A DNA stretch of 64,000 bases, taken from contig JBDKSP010000071.1 in assembly GCA_039680575.1 (NCBI GenBank), positions 32,001 to 96,000 on the forward strand, in the 5' to 3' direction. Positions 26,353 to 37,518 of the stretch are shown here, piece by piece. A program made the position numbers and the translations under genes. Origin of the DNA: Armatimonadota bacterium (GTDB taxonomy: Bacteria > Armatimonadota > UBA5829 > DTLH01). The notes under the pieces were generated by a model that ran no database searches, was not told the DNA's origin, and worked only from the letters and a program-made list of their open reading frames with translations. Position 1 is the stretch's first letter, and every line of letters begins with the position of its first letter.

Positions 26353-29211
26353 CTAGTCAATCTTCGCCATCATAAGAAGCTCTGCTATGTGGAGGGCTTT
26401 TCGCCCGCTGCAGAAATCGGCGATCTGGGAGCGGCAGGAGAACCCATCGGCGACGACATAGTCCTCTGAAGGAAGTGACCTTACGGCGGGAAGGAGCACG
26501 CGCTCGCCGATCAAGCGCGAAATTTCGTAGTGTTCTTTTTCGTAGCCGAACGCGCCAGCCATCCCGCAGCAGCCTGAGTCCAGAATCGTGAACGTGAGGC
26601 CGTCTACGCGGCTTAGAATCTTTTTCAGCGGTTCAACACCCGTGATAGCTTTCTGATGGCAGTGGCCGTGGACCAGCGCATGACCCTCCAGCCTACCTGG
26701 GCGGTAATCTTTCGCATACTCTACAAGGAACTCTTCAAGAGTGAAAGCAGCCTCAGCGACGGTGTTTGCCCGCCTGTCTTTGGCGAGACAAGGCATCTCG
26801 TCTCTGAGGGTCAGCACTTCGCTCGGCTCCAGCCCGACTATCTTCATCCCCTGCTCCACCATCGGCGCGAGAATATCTACCAGATGCTCCTGGCGGCTCC
26901 GGGCATGCTTCAGCATCCCCTTGGAGATGAACGCGCGGGCGCATGAAACGGGTTTTGGAGGCAGGATTACATCGAAACCGGCGCGCTCAAGCACTTCAAC
27001 CCCGGCCATAAGCGTCTCAGGCTTGAAATAGCTGTTGAACGCGTCATCGAGCAGAATTACATGAGGTTTATCCGTTCTTTTAACGTGATTGCGGCTGAAT
27101 TCTTTCCTGAAACTTCTTCTGGCGAGCGTCGGCAGCTTTCTATCGGGATGGACACCGGCGATACGCTTTATCAGCCCTTCAAACGGCCCTGAAGTCATCC
27201 AGTTTGCAAGCCATGGCGCAATCGAACCCATCGCAGCAAGAGAATCGATGCAGCCGTAAGCCCTGGTCTTCGCTGGTATGCCATGGATGTCGTAGTACTG
27301 GGCCAGATACTCAGCCTTGTACTTCGCCATATCGACCCCAATGGGGCACTCGCGCTTGCAGCCCTTGCATGCAATGCAGAGGTCGAGGACTTCGAGCACA
27401 CGCTTGTCGCCCATCCCGTCGAAATTGCCTTTGAGAGCCTCTCTGAGCGCGTTCGCGCGGGCGCGGGTAGAGTGCATCTCCTCCATCGTGACCATATAGC
27501 TCGGGCACATTACGCCGCTGTCGACTTTTCTACAAGTGCCTTCGCCATTACACGACTCGACAGCAAGCGCAAACCCCTTCTGCGCGCTGAAATCGAAGTA
27601 CGTAGCGGGCAGTTTAGCCGCATAATCCGGCCCGAACTTGAGGTTTTTATCCATCGGGAGCGGGTCGATGATCTTGCCGGGGTTCATAATCCCTGCCGGG
27701 TCGAAAACCCGCTTTACATCCCGGTGGAGGTCCATTATGCTCCTGCCGTAGAGCTTTGGAAGGAACTCCGCGCGGGAGATACCGTCGCCATGCTCGCCGG
27801 AGTAGACTCCGCCGAACTCTATTACGAGATCGGTAATCTCCTCGGCGATGGCGCGCATTTGCGCAATACCCTCGGCAGTCTTGAGCGTCATATCGAGCCT
27901 GATGTGCAGGCATCCCTGCCCAGCGTGGCCATATATGGCCGACCTTGTGCCGTTTTTTGCGAAAATCCGCTCCGCCCGGCGGACGTACTCACCCAGCCTG
28001 TCGGGAGGAATGGCCGTGTCCTCCACGAACTCGACAGACTTGATCTCCCCTACTCTCCTTGAAAGGAGCCCAAGCCCGGCCTCACGTACCTGCCAGACGG
28101 CTTCCTGCGCGGCGTCATCCGTAACGGTGAGACACTTCGGACTCCCCGGAAGGTCTTTCGAAAGTTTTTTGAGCGCTTCCATGTCGGAGCGGATCTGGTC
28201 TTCCTCGTCGCAGCTGAACTCCAGTATCAGCACCCCCTGGGTTGCGTGGTCGACCATAGACATCTTGTCCTTGTGCTCCGGCGACTGCCGCGCCATCTCC
28301 AGCAGCCTGTAGTCGATCATCTCAAGCGCGCGGGTGTTAGTCTGAAGGAGCGCCGGGACGGAATCGAGCGCGGAGAACCTGTCCGGGAACTCCAGAAGAG
28401 CAAGACCTTTCTTCGACGGTAGATGCGCGAGTGTGACCTCCGCCTCCGTCATTATGGCAAGCGTGCCTTCAGAGCCTGTAACGAGGTCCGCAAGGTTGAA
28501 CTTTTCAGCCGCGAGGACAGTATCGAAGTTATAGCCGGAAACCCTGCGCGGGATTTTCGGGTATCTCTCGTCGATCTCGTCCCTGTGCGGAGTGATGAGT
28601 TCGAGCACTTTCGATGCAATCATTCCCGCTCTATCGCAGCTTTTCGCAAGCGATTCTATCTCTTCGAGCGTCTTCGGCCCAAAATCGACCACGGTACCAT
28701 CTGACAAGATGCACTTCATCCCCGAAACGTGGTCGCCGGTCTTGCCGTAGACAAGTGAATGGGAGCCGCTGGAGTTGTTTGCTATCATCCCGCCGATGTT
28801 GCACCTGTTCTGGGTGGCGGGATCAGGGCCGAGGGTGAGGTTGTAGCGCTTCAGCGCCTGGTTCAGTTGAAGCAGACGGACTCCAGGCTGGACCCTGGCG
28901 ATTTTCCGCTCAGAGTCCAGCTCGATTATCCTGTCCATATATTTCGAGAAGTCGATTATGAGCGACTCCCCGACCGATTGACCGGCGAGGCTCGTGCCTG
29001 CCCCGCGCGGGGTGATCGGAATGCGCTCTTCGGAAGCGGTCTGGACAGCATGAAGCACATCCTCCGCATCCTTGGGGATTACCACGCCTATCGGCATGAA
29101 CTGGTAATTGGATGCGTCCGTGCTGTACAAAAGCCGTGAGGTATAATCGAACCTCACTTCGCCTTTCAGCCGTTCCTTCAGCGCGCGCTCTATTCGATCA
29201 TGGGTAGTCAT
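26353..29211 (-). CDS. FAD-binding/4Fe-4S oxidoreductase (GlcD-GlcF fusion, YdiJ-like)
   Basis: PRGAGTSLAGQ, GSEGTL, SGEHGDG, CNGEGTC, CIACKGCKREC, HGHCHQ, CCGMAG, GFSCR. Confidence 0.9.
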   Translation of the reverse strand: MTTHDRIERALKERLKGEVRFDYTSRLLYSTDASNYQFMPIGVVIPKDAEDVLHAVQTASEERIPITPRGAGTSLAGQSVGESLIIDFSKYMDRIIELDSERKIARVQPGVRLLQLNQALKRYNLTLGPDPATQNRCNIGGMIANNSSGSHSLVYGKTGDHVSGMKCILSDGTVVDFGPKTLEEIESLAKSCDRAGMIASKVLELITPHRDEIDERYPKIPRRVSGYNFDTVLAAEKFNLADLVTGSEGTLAIMTEAEVTLAHLPSKKGLALLEFPDRFSALDSVPALLQTNTRALEMIDYRLLEMARQSPEHKDKMSMVDHATQGVLILEFSCDEEDQIRSDMEALKKLSKDLPGSPKCLTVTDDAAQEAVWQVREAGLGLLSRRVGEIKSVEFVEDTAIPPDRLGEYVRRAERIFAKNGTRSAIYGHAGQGCLHIRLDMTLKTAEGIAQMRAIAEEITDLVIEFGGVYSGEHGDGISRAEFLPKLYGRSIMDLHRDVKRVFDPAGIMNPGKIIDPLPMDKNLKFGPDYAAKLPATYFDFSAQKGFALAVESCNGEGTCRKVDSGVMCPSYMVTMEEMHSTRARANALREALKGNFDGMGDKRVLEVLDLCIACKGCKRECPIGVDMAKYKAEYLAQYYDIHGIPAKTRAYGCIDSLAAMGSIAPWLANWMTSGPFEGLIKRIAGVHPDRKLPTLARRSFRKEFSRNHVKRTDKPHVILLDDAFNSYFKPETLMAGVEVLERAGFDVILPPKPVSCARAFISKGMLKHARSRQEHLVDILAPMVEQGMKIVGLEPSEVLTLRDEMPCLAKDRRANTVAEAAFTLEEFLVEYAKDYRPGRLEGHALVHGHCHQKAITGVEPLKKILSRVDGLTFTILDSGCCGMAGAFGYEKEHYEISRLIGERVLLPAVRSLPSEDYVVADGFSCRSQIADFCSGRKALHIAELLMMAKID

Positions 29212-29228
29212 TTGTTCAGTTGAGTTTT

Positions 29229-29486
29229 ATCACGAAAGCACGAAAGGGAGAAAGCAAGAAAAGTGAATAGAATGAAAAGTCTGCTATTTCTCGGGCAGTA
29301 TTTGCAATGCTGCCCGGATAGGCCGGATAGGGATCTATAGATCCCGGTCAATCAACTATAATCGATCTCCCGGCATCAGAGATGCCTCATTTGCCTCTGC
29401 GGGAGGAATTGCAAATCCCTCCCGAGTTGTTTCGACCGCTACTACATTCCCTATTTCGTGTTTTCCTAATTTCGTGCTTTCGTGAT
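29229..29486. repeat. Nested inverted-repeat element
   Basis: Outer perfect 17-bp IR (29229-29245/29470-29486), inner inverted REP-like pair (29290-29316/29400-29426), central 16-bp palindrome 29330-29345. Confidence 0.75.
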
Positions 29487-29495
29487 TAAAATAAA

Positions 29496-31331
29496 TCAGA
29501 CAAACTCGTAAGTGTTGCCGGATTTGCGCTTCTCCAGTTTCAGCTTATTGACGCTGTCTTCCATGCCGCCGGGGCGGTTGCGGAGAAGCCATACATCGTC
29601 GTGCTTCTCCTTTAATGCCTTTACCTTCGCGGCGAAATTCTTCGGTTTCTCGGCGCCCAGCCTCATCTTTCCCACATCTACGGAAAGCCGAAGCATGGAA
29701 ATCGCATATTCGAACTCTTCGAGGACGATATCCGCGTCCTCAAAAGTCATCTTGTCGCGTACGAATCCGTCTTCGATCTCGTCAATCCGCTTCTCCATCT
29801 CTTCGAACTCGCTCATCTCGATGCCTTCGATGACTGATTCGTCGTCAATCGGCCTAAAAAGCATCTGCCATGGGACTGAATTGTTGCCCGTCTTCTTCTT
29901 GAACACCAGGTAGATGTCCGAAAGTGCATACCATACCTTGCCCGTAACTCCGCTTCTGTCTCCGAACGCATGGAGCGAGTAGTTTTCTGCCAGACCGTCT
30001 TTTACGTCGGCCTTTGCGTTCCATGAGGCCATTGCTCCGATCAGAAGCCCGAGATAAGATGTGGACAGCGGCTGCCAATGACCGTTATCGCCCCATTCGG
30101 TGTTCAGGAGGCCGGTTGCTCCATGCTTCAGGCCTTCTCTTGCGCCGCCGACGATGTTGCCGATGGCATTCTCGCCGCGTCCGACGAGCGCGTTCCACGA
30201 GGATGTACCCGGACAGACATAGAACGGAAGCCCTGCAGCCGCGAACTTCTCGCAGTTCCCCTTCCAGTCACGGCCATTCTCGTAACCCCATTCGAGGGCT
30301 ATTATGTCCTTCGGAATCTCAGGGATCAGCTCGGGATGATGCAGGACAATGTCGCCCCAGAACATCATGGTGCGGCCATGCTCTTTTACAAACTTGTGTA
30401 TCTCAAGCAGGAAGTCGAGATATACGCGGCCTCTGCCTTTTTCCTTGCACACTTTTTCGCTTCTGTCTCTACCGAGGTCGACCGTCTCATCACATCCGAC
30501 GTTGAAGAGTGAACTTGAGAAATGCGGAAGGAGTTCATCGAAGAGTCCCTTGACAAACGGCAGGCTCTGCTTGTCACCAGGGCAAAGGCTGAACGGATAG
30601 TCGAAATGTCCCCACTCGGTGTCGCAGCCATTCGGCGCCTCGGCCATCGGGAGGTATTCATCATGCTTCAGCCACCGGTCCATGTGCCCGAACGAGTTCT
30701 GGTTAGGGACCAGCTCGATGAACTGACTCTTGCAGTAAGCGTCCAGCGCCAGGATTTCCTCGCCGGTCATCGGGCTTGCCTCTTCCCAGACCTTTTCGTG
30801 GGCAAGATAGGCAAATGTGTGCTCGGTATAAAGCTGGAACTGGTTTATCTTCCAATCCGCCATGAGGTCTACCAGGTGATAGAGAGTCTCCATGTTCGGG
30901 ACCTTGTCACGGCTGATGTCCAGCATAATACCCCTGTCCGGGTAGTCCGGCCAGTCATTTATCGTAAGACATGGGACCTGGCCGTCACACTGCCTCAAGA
31001 TCTGCGCGAGAGTACATGCTCCATAGAACGCGCCTGCCGGTGTGGACGCCAGTATTTCGATCACATCCGGCTTGACGGTGAGCTTATAGCCTTCCGCATG
31101 TATATCCGCTCCGTAATCGAGCTCTATAACGAGGCCAACTTCATCTTTCGGAGCTTTCGGGCTTGCAGTTATCTCCCACTCAAGCTCTGTCTTGAGCGCA
31201 GCGGGGATGGTCGACTGCGTATCATCGGCAACGAGCTGTATATAGTTCTTGCCTTTTGTATCAAACTCGCCCTGATGGGCAGACAACTTCTTGGGTACGG
31301 GTGCTAAATAAAGGTCTTTTGCACCAGACAT
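29496..31331 (-). CDS. Glycoside hydrolase family 20 (beta-N-acetylhexosaminidase-like)
   Basis: DWPDYPDRGIMLDISRD, PNQNSFGH, NVGCDE catalytic DE motif, WGDNG. Confidence 0.88.
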   Translation of the reverse strand: MSGAKDLYLAPVPKKLSAHQGEFDTKGKNYIQLVADDTQSTIPAALKTELEWEITASPKAPKDEVGLVIELDYGADIHAEGYKLTVKPDVIEILASTPAGAFYGACTLAQILRQCDGQVPCLTINDWPDYPDRGIMLDISRDKVPNMETLYHLVDLMADWKINQFQLYTEHTFAYLAHEKVWEEASPMTGEEILALDAYCKSQFIELVPNQNSFGHMDRWLKHDEYLPMAEAPNGCDTEWGHFDYPFSLCPGDKQSLPFVKGLFDELLPHFSSSLFNVGCDETVDLGRDRSEKVCKEKGRGRVYLDFLLEIHKFVKEHGRTMMFWGDIVLHHPELIPEIPKDIIALEWGYENGRDWKGNCEKFAAAGLPFYVCPGTSSWNALVGRGENAIGNIVGGAREGLKHGATGLLNTEWGDNGHWQPLSTSYLGLLIGAMASWNAKADVKDGLAENYSLHAFGDRSGVTGKVWYALSDIYLVFKKKTGNNSVPWQMLFRPIDDESVIEGIEMSEFEEMEKRIDEIEDGFVRDKMTFEDADIVLEEFEYAISMLRLSVDVGKMRLGAEKPKNFAAKVKALKEKHDDVWLLRNRPGGMEDSVNKLKLEKRKSGNTYEFV

Positions 31332-31493
31332 TCATTTCCTCCTATGAATATACTCAACAGGCAATATTAAACCGCTTTAACTAATTGTATCACAGCGGAA
31401 GTAAAGTTTACAGGAGATAGGCAACAGAAATTTGGAGCGCTGAAAAACACTACCCCATATCTATAATACGAAAGAACGCGGCGGTTATTTTCC

Positions 31494-32789
31494 TTAATAA
31501 GCGTCAGTTTTCAACAGAAGCGCCTCGACACCCTCCATAAGCTCATCCAGCGTGGAAGCAGCAGCGGACAGGGAGGCAAGGCGGGTGACTATCTCCTCTG
31601 CCTCGGCTCCGGTGAAGTTTCTATCGCGGAACGTCTCCGGCCTGAAAACCACCAGCTTTTTACCTGAATCCAAAGCGGCTGATGCTGTCTTGAGGTTGGT
31701 CAAATTCCACGCACCGCACGGCATATCGGAGACAATTACGACATCGGCGGCCTGGGACATGCGAAGGTTCTCGGCTGCGGCATCATCCGGGATGGGGCTG
31801 AACGGCGGAGCCGAAATATAGGCGATTCCAAGCGCGTCGGCGACTTCCTGGTCCGTATCCCCGGTATTCAGCACACCCGCCGTGACCGAATAACCCCTCT
31901 TCAGCAGCTTTGCAAAGATCGGCGAGCCCGTCCCGCCGCCGCATATCACATGGACCTTCGGTCTGTGCTCGAACCTGGAACTCTCATCGTCCGTGACCGG
32001 ACGGTCGATCCCGGAAATTACGTAAGGCCGGCCTGAAGTTGGGTGTTTTCGCACCCAGACATCGACTCCGTAAACACTTTTCACATTCTCGACAGTCAGC
32101 ACATCGGATGGAACCCCGGCCGTCCTTATCTTGCCCTTGCTGAGCATGAAAAGCCTGTCCGAGTACTGCGCGGCGAGGTTCAGATCGTGAAGCACCGCAA
32201 GGACGGTGATTCCTTCATCCCTGTTCAACCTGCGGGCAAGCCCCATTATCTCGAACTGGTAGTTTATGTCCAGATGGGAAGTCGGCTCATCGAGGAGTAT
32301 GACCCTCGGCTCCTGCGCAAGTGCCCGCGCTATGACCACCCGCTGCCGCTCGCCGCCGGAAAGCGCGGAAAACGGCCTGTCCGCGAACCCAAGCGTCCCT
32401 GTCCGCCGCATAGCCTCCTCCGCTATCTCCAGATCCCTGCCCCCTTCAGACTGAAACCTGCGAAGGTGGGGCGCGCGGCCCATCAGCACAATCTCAAGCG
32501 CGGAAAACTCGAACGCCGGTACCGTGTCCTGCGGGACGACACCCATCTCACGTGCAAGCTCCCTCGGCGGGATCGAAAAGACTTCCTTCCCGTCGATCAA
32601 AACAGCTCCGCCGCTTGGTCTGAGCACACGGGCAACCGACCTGAGAAGCGTAGTCTTGCCGGACCCGTTCGGACCGACTATCCCGACGAACTCTCCGCCT
32701 GCTATCTCGACCGTCACACCGGAAAGCACCGGGTCCGACCCGTAACCTACCACCAGATCATTTATCTTAATGGATATTTTCTCTTCCAT
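31494..32789 (-). CDS. Cobalamin/Fe-siderophore ABC transporter ATP-binding protein with C-terminal extension
   Basis: GPNGSGKTT, LSGGERQR, LLDEPTSHLD, VLHDLNLA; start probably ATG 32789. Confidence 0.85.
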   Translation of the reverse strand: MEEKISIKINDLVVGYGSDPVLSGVTVEIAGGEFVGIVGPNGSGKTTLLRSVARVLRPSGGAVLIDGKEVFSIPPRELAREMGVVPQDTVPAFEFSALEIVLMGRAPHLRRFQSEGGRDLEIAEEAMRRTGTLGFADRPFSALSGGERQRVVIARALAQEPRVILLDEPTSHLDINYQFEIMGLARRLNRDEGITVLAVLHDLNLAAQYSDRLFMLSKGKIRTAGVPSDVLTVENVKSVYGVDVWVRKHPTSGRPYVISGIDRPVTDDESSRFEHRPKVHVICGGGTGSPIFAKLLKRGYSVTAGVLNTGDTDQEVADALGIAYISAPPFSPIPDDAAAENLRMSQAADVVIVSDMPCGAWNLTNLKTASAALDSGKKLVVFRPETFRDRNFTGAEAEEIVTRLASLSAAASTLDELMEGVEALLLKTDAY

Positions 32790-32951
32790 ACCATAAACCA
32801 CTACGCCCGATGCACCCCGGATTCCTCTTGCATATCGTTTTGTATATATCTCCTCATCCCAACCTCTCCCGCAAGTGGGATTATGCCAATTCGAAAGGCC
32901 GGCTTCGGCGCAGACTACGCGCATAACAAACTGACAGCTGATAGCTATCTT

Positions 32952-32965
32952 CGAACATAAGTTCG
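32952..32965. promoter_or_regulatory. LexA (SOS) box, Gram-positive type
   Basis: CGAAC-ATAA-GTTCG just upstream of a TTGTGT-17-TAGAAT promoter (32975-33003) of uvrA. Confidence 0.8.
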
Positions 32966-33049
32966 CAAAAATTCTTGTGTGAGGAGCAGCGTAATGGTAG
33001 AATATTCCGGTACGTAAAAAGCATAAAACAGCTCAGAAAGTAGCAGATA

Positions 33050-35956
33050 ATGACGCAAGACAAGATCATCGTGCATGGCGCGAGGCAGCATAACCTCAAG
33101 AACGTAAATGTCATGATTCCCAGGGACAAATTGGTGGTTATAACCGGGCTTTCCGGCTCCGGCAAGTCTTCGCTCGCCTTCGATACGATATACGCGGAAG
33201 GCCAGCGGAGATATGTGGAGTCGCTGTCGTCCTATGCCCGCCAGTTCCTCGGCCAGATGGACAAACCGGATGTCGATGAGATCACGGGGCTTTCTCCCGC
33301 GGTCTCAATCGACCAGAAATCGACGACGCGGAACCCGCGCTCGACCGTCGGGACGGTCACGGAGATTTATGACTATCTGAGGCTCATGTTTTCGCGCATC
33401 GGTCATCCCCACTGCCCGCAGTGCGGCAGGGAAATCTCTCAGCAGACCGTAGAGCAGATCGTAGACCAGGTAATGGCGCTCCCAGAGGGCTCGAAGATCC
33501 AAATTCTCGCTCCGGTAGTGCGCGGACGGAAGGGCGAATACCGGCAGGTAATCGAAGATGTCCGCAGGAAGGGCTACGTCCGCGTGCGGGTGGACGGACA
33601 GATCTATGAAGTCACCGACGACATAGAGATGGACCGCTATAAGCAGCACACTATCGAGATAGTGGTCGACCGGTTAGTAGTCAAGCAGGAGATTGGGAGC
33701 AGGCTCTCAGACTCGCTCGAGACGGCGCTGAAACTTGCGAACGGCAATGTCGGGATCGATGTTATGGAGAGCGAAGAGCTTTTCTTCTCGGAAAACTTCG
33801 CCTGCACCGAGTGCGGCATCAGTATGGATGAGCTTGCACCGCGTAACTTTAGTTTTAACACTCCATACGGCGCTTGCCCGGACTGCCAGGGGCTCGGAAC
33901 TCATACGAAGCTCGACCCGGACCTGATCATTCCTGACAAAACGAGATCAATCGACGACGGGGCTATCATCCCGCTCGCGAGGACTACGAGCGAATACTAC
34001 ACCTCACTTTTGGAAGGCGTAGCGAACATTTACGGGTTCAAAACTTCGACTCCGATCAAAAATTTGACCAAAAAGCAGGTCGATATGCTTCTGCACGGCA
34101 CCGATAGAAGGGTTCCGGTAACGTTTAAAAACAACTACGGCAGGATGAGGCAGTTCGATGCCAACTTCGACGGCATAATTCCCTGGCTGGAAAGGCGCTA
34201 CAAAGAGACATCGAGCGAGATGATCAAGGAGGAGATCGAGCGGTATATGTCGGCCACCCCCTGCGAGTCGTGCAAGGGGTTCAGACTGAAACCCGAAAGT
34301 CTTGCGGTGACGATAGGCGGGATAAATATCAGCCAGGTAGCCGCAAAATCCGTCTCATCGGCACTGGGTTGGTTCGAGAACCTCAAGCTGACGCCTAGAG
34401 AGCAGACGATTGCACACCGGATTATCAAAGAGATCAAAGTCCGGCTGGGATTCCTGCAAAACGTCGGGCTGGAGTATCTGACGCTCGACCGCGCAGCGGC
34501 AACGCTTGCAGGCGGTGAGGCGCAGAGGATCAGGCTCGCGTCACAGATCGGTTCCGGGCTGACAGGCGTCCTCTACATACTGGATGAGCCGTCTATCGGA
34601 CTTCATCAACGGGACAACACCAAGCTCATAGAGACCCTTATAAAGCTGCGCGACCTGGGGAACACTATTATCGTCGTAGAACACGATGAGGAGACAATGT
34701 ATGCCGCCGACCATATCATCGACATAGGTCCGGGCGCGGGAGAACACGGCGGATATATTATTGCCGAGGGCAATGTCGAAGAGATCAAGGCAAACCCGGC
34801 TTCGATCACAGGGAAATACCTATCCGGCGAGCTTACGATACCCGTGCCGAAGGAGCGAAGGAAGCCGAACGGGTCGTCCCTGATGCTGAAAGGTGCGCGG
34901 GAACACAACCTGAAGAATATAGATGTAGAAATCCCGCTCGGCTCGTTCGTGTGCGTGACCGGGGTTTCCGGGTCTGGCAAGAGCACGCTCATCCAGGAGA
35001 CGCTTTTCCCACGGCTTATGTATGCGCTCCATGGCTCTCATCGTGTCTGGGGAGACCACGATGACATTACAGGACTCGACGGCATCGACAGAATTATCGA
35101 CATAGACCAGTCGCCGATTGGCCGGACACCGAGGTCTAACCCGGCAACCTATACGGGTACATTCGACCTGATCCGCGACCTCTTCTCTCAGACGCAGGAT
35201 GCGCGGATGCGCGGCTATAAGCCGGGCAGGTTCAGCTTCAACGTCAAAGGCGGACGCTGCGAGGCGTGCAAGGGAGACGGCATCATCAAAATAGAGATGC
35301 ACTTTCTGCCGGATGTCTATGTGCCGTGCGAAGTCTGCAAGGGCAAGCGCTACAATCGCGAGACGCTCGAAGTCAAGTATAAGGGCAAGTCTATTTCAGA
35401 CGTGCTCAATATGACGGTGGCGCAGGCGCTCGAGTTCTTCAAGCACATCCCGCCGATCACCCGGAAGCTGCAGACGATACACGATGTAGGGCTGGACTAC
35501 ATCAGGCTGGGACAGCCTGCGACGACACTTTCAGGCGGTGAAGCGCAGCGGGTGAAGCTCGCGACGGAACTTGCGAAGCGGAGCACAGGCCGGACTATGT
35601 ATATACTCGACGAGCCGACTACGGGACTCCATTTCGACGACATAAAGAAGCTCCTGGAAGTGCTCGAACGGCTGGTGGACACAGGAAATACGGTGCTCGT
35701 GATAGAACACAACCTGGATGTCATCAAGACGGCGGACTACATCATCGACCTGGGGCCGGAAGGCGGCGACCAGGGCGGTGAGATAGTCGCAACCGGGACG
35801 CCTGAAGATGTGGCACAAGTCGAAGCGTCGTATACCGGGCGTTATCTGAAGAGGATACTCGGTAATCAACCGCAAAAGTCGTCAAAAAACGGGAAAAAGA
35901 AGGGCGCGAAAGCCATAAAGGAGCAGCCTGAAACGGCATCGGAGGCATCTCTATGA
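33050..35956 (+). CDS. uvrA: Excinuclease ABC subunit A
   Basis: GARQHNLKN, two Walker A motifs ([18 protein letters not shown]), Zn fingers, [16 protein letters not shown]. Confidence 0.98.
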   Translation: MTQDKIIVHGARQHNLKNVNVMIPRDKLVVITGLSGSGKSSLAFDTIYAEGQRRYVESLSSYARQFLGQMDKPDVDEITGLSPAVSIDQKSTTRNPRSTVGTVTEIYDYLRLMFSRIGHPHCPQCGREISQQTVEQIVDQVMALPEGSKIQILAPVVRGRKGEYRQVIEDVRRKGYVRVRVDGQIYEVTDDIEMDRYKQHTIEIVVDRLVVKQEIGSRLSDSLETALKLANGNVGIDVMESEELFFSENFACTECGISMDELAPRNFSFNTPYGACPDCQGLGTHTKLDPDLIIPDKTRSIDDGAIIPLARTTSEYYTSLLEGVANIYGFKTSTPIKNLTKKQVDMLLHGTDRRVPVTFKNNYGRMRQFDANFDGIIPWLERRYKETSSEMIKEEIERYMSATPCESCKGFRLKPESLAVTIGGINISQVAAKSVSSALGWFENLKLTPREQTIAHRIIKEIKVRLGFLQNVGLEYLTLDRAAATLAGGEAQRIRLASQIGSGLTGVLYILDEPSIGLHQRDNTKLIETLIKLRDLGNTIIVVEHDEETMYAADHIIDIGPGAGEHGGYIIAEGNVEEIKANPASITGKYLSGELTIPVPKERRKPNGSSLMLKGAREHNLKNIDVEIPLGSFVCVTGVSGSGKSTLIQETLFPRLMYALHGSHRVWGDHDDITGLDGIDRIIDIDQSPIGRTPRSNPATYTGTFDLIRDLFSQTQDARMRGYKPGRFSFNVKGGRCEACKGDGIIKIEMHFLPDVYVPCEVCKGKRYNRETLEVKYKGKSISDVLNMTVAQALEFFKHIPPITRKLQTIHDVGLDYIRLGQPATTLSGGEAQRVKLATELAKRSTGRTMYILDEPTTGLHFDDIKKLLEVLERLVDTGNTVLVIEHNLDVIKTADYIIDLGPEGGDQGGEIVATGTPEDVAQVEASYTGRYLKRILGNQPQKSSKNGKKKGAKAIKEQPETASEASL

Positions 35957-36402
35957 AATTCCTTTCCAAACTGTTCGATAAGAAGTCCGAGGAGCCGGAA
36001 AAGCCGCATAGGTGGGAGCTTACGCCGTTTGAGGCAAGGCACAGGGCGAATTTGATAGTAAAGTCCGCCGCAGCGCTCGATGTCGTGCTGGATTACTCGC
36101 CGGAAAGCCTGAAATCAGTCGATTTGCTGATCGACAAGGAGCGCGAAACGGGGCTCGGGCTCACTCCTGAGATGGCGCACGAAATGATATCCCTCGGAGC
36201 ATACGTGGGCGAGGTAATGGTCCGGCATCTGGACGGCAAATGGGCTTACGGCACCATGCTTGAGAAGCATGACCCGCTGGTGATGATCATAAACGGCAGA
36301 TACGTGATAAACGTAGTGAGCGTGGTCTTCAAACGGTTTACTTCGGGAGAGCCGAACAGCGTAGTCTCGATGTTCGAGGAAACGAGAAAACTGGCGGAGT
36401 AG
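35953..36402 (+). CDS. Hypothetical protein ([10 protein letters not shown] / GAYVGE type, DUF3806-like)
   Basis: ATGA overlap with uvrA stop, GGAGG RBS. Confidence 0.6.
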   Translation: MKFLSKLFDKKSEEPEKPHRWELTPFEARHRANLIVKSAAALDVVLDYSPESLKSVDLLIDKERETGLGLTPEMAHEMISLGAYVGEVMVRHLDGKWAYGTMLEKHDPLVMIINGRYVINVVSVVFKRFTSGEPNSVVSMFEETRKLAE

Positions 36403-36404
36403 GT

Positions 36405-36500
36405 TTCTGAATCGCGAATTACGCGAAGAAGCACGAAAAGCGCGAAAAAAGGGATTGGTGGAGATTCGTGCTTCGGGACGAAAAACGGTCCCGAATCATA
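36405..36500 (+). repeat. Repeat family A copy with terminal hairpin
   Basis: Similar to 841-907 and 51277-51350. Confidence 0.8.
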
Positions 36501-36561
36501 GGAAAGGGATGAGTTGATGTTACGATTCAGAAATGAAATCATATCTCAACCATAAGGAGTT

Positions 36562-36831
36562 ATGATGCAGGGAAAAGTCATAACGTTTGCATTGATGAAC
36601 ATTGGATTTGCTTATTATCTCTTTATCTGGCACCGCTTGATTTGGGGAAGGTGGCCTGAGCGAAATCTTGAGAAAATGAACCAAAATGCTGAGATTCCTG
36701 CCAACGTGCAAAAAAGTTACATTGATCTTTATAGATCTCTCGCCTGGGGACTTTTTGCCATGGTAGTAGTGTTGTATCCAATTTCCATGATAATGCTATT
36801 TTTCCCACATGTTCTGAGCTTTGGTAAATAG
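36562..36831 (+). CDS. Small AT-rich membrane protein
   Basis: AAGGAG RBS, two hydrophobic segments. Confidence 0.55.
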   Translation: MMQGKVITFALMNIGFAYYLFIWHRLIWGRWPERNLEKMNQNAEIPANVQKSYIDLYRSLAWGLFAMVVVLYPISMIMLFFPHVLSFGK

Positions 36832-36842
36832 GCACTAAGAAT

Positions 36843-36870
36843 GTAGTGGCCGTCCTCCGTGGCGGCCATC
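36843..36870 (+). repeat. GTAG-tagged REP, left of RAYT
   Basis: GTAG-tggccgtc-ctccgt-ggcggcca hairpin; inverted partner at 37456-37483. Confidence 0.85.
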
Positions 36871-36899
36871 GGTTCCGCAGGAGCCGCGCAATTTTCGAC

Positions 36900-37394
36900 A
36901 TGGCACATTCTATGGACAAAGAAAGACACTTTATTCGCAAGCAAATGAGGTTGGAAGATGTTAGCTACTCTGACCCGGCTATGGTGTATTTTGCCACGCT
37001 ATGTGCGAATAACAAGGAAAAGGTATTTCTCAATAAAACCATTGCTAAATTGGCAGTTGATTCATTGATGTGGTGTCATAAGCATAATTGGTTTCGTATC
37101 TACGCTTATTGCCTTATGCCAAACCATCTTCACCTTGCTCTTTCGCCTGTTGATGATAAGCGTTCTTTGTCTGAATCTATAGGCAAGTTCAAAAGTTATA
37201 CAACATCAGAAAGTTGGAAACTTGGTTTTGAGGGTCAGTTGTGGCAGCGAAGCTGGTATGACCACATAGCCAGACGTGATGAAGATGTGCTTGCGATATG
37301 CCGGTATATTCTTGAAAATCCGGTAAGGGCAACGTTGGTCGAATCATGCGATAAATGGCCGTATAGCGGGATGATTGATCCGTTGCCGTTGTGA
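36900..37394 (+). mobile_element. REP-associated tyrosine transposase (RAYT, IS200-like Y1 HUH)
   Basis: RKQMRL, YFATLC, LMPNHLHL (HUH), WQRSWYDH, YILENP; flanked by inverted GTAG REPs. Confidence 0.9.
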
Positions 37395-37455
37395 TAATCG
37401 AACAGATTTTCCAGCACCTTCGGTGCTCCCCGTGGTCCGGTGGGTCCACGGGGTA

Positions 37456-37483
37456 GATGGCCGGCACGGAGACCGGCCACTAC
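37456..37483 (-). repeat. GTAG-tagged REP, right of RAYT
   Basis: Reverse complement gtagtggccggtctccgtgccggccatc. Confidence 0.85.
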
Positions 37484-37518
37484 ATATTTTTAGTGGTCAT
37501 CGGAGAACAGGAGAAAAG

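Noticed and set aside
32790..32940. Cobalamin riboswitch upstream of the ABC ATPase
   Set aside because: No B12-box or GGGAA/GCCACTG core; the region instead holds a repeat (gcgccgaagccggcctttcgaa) also seen near 48480.
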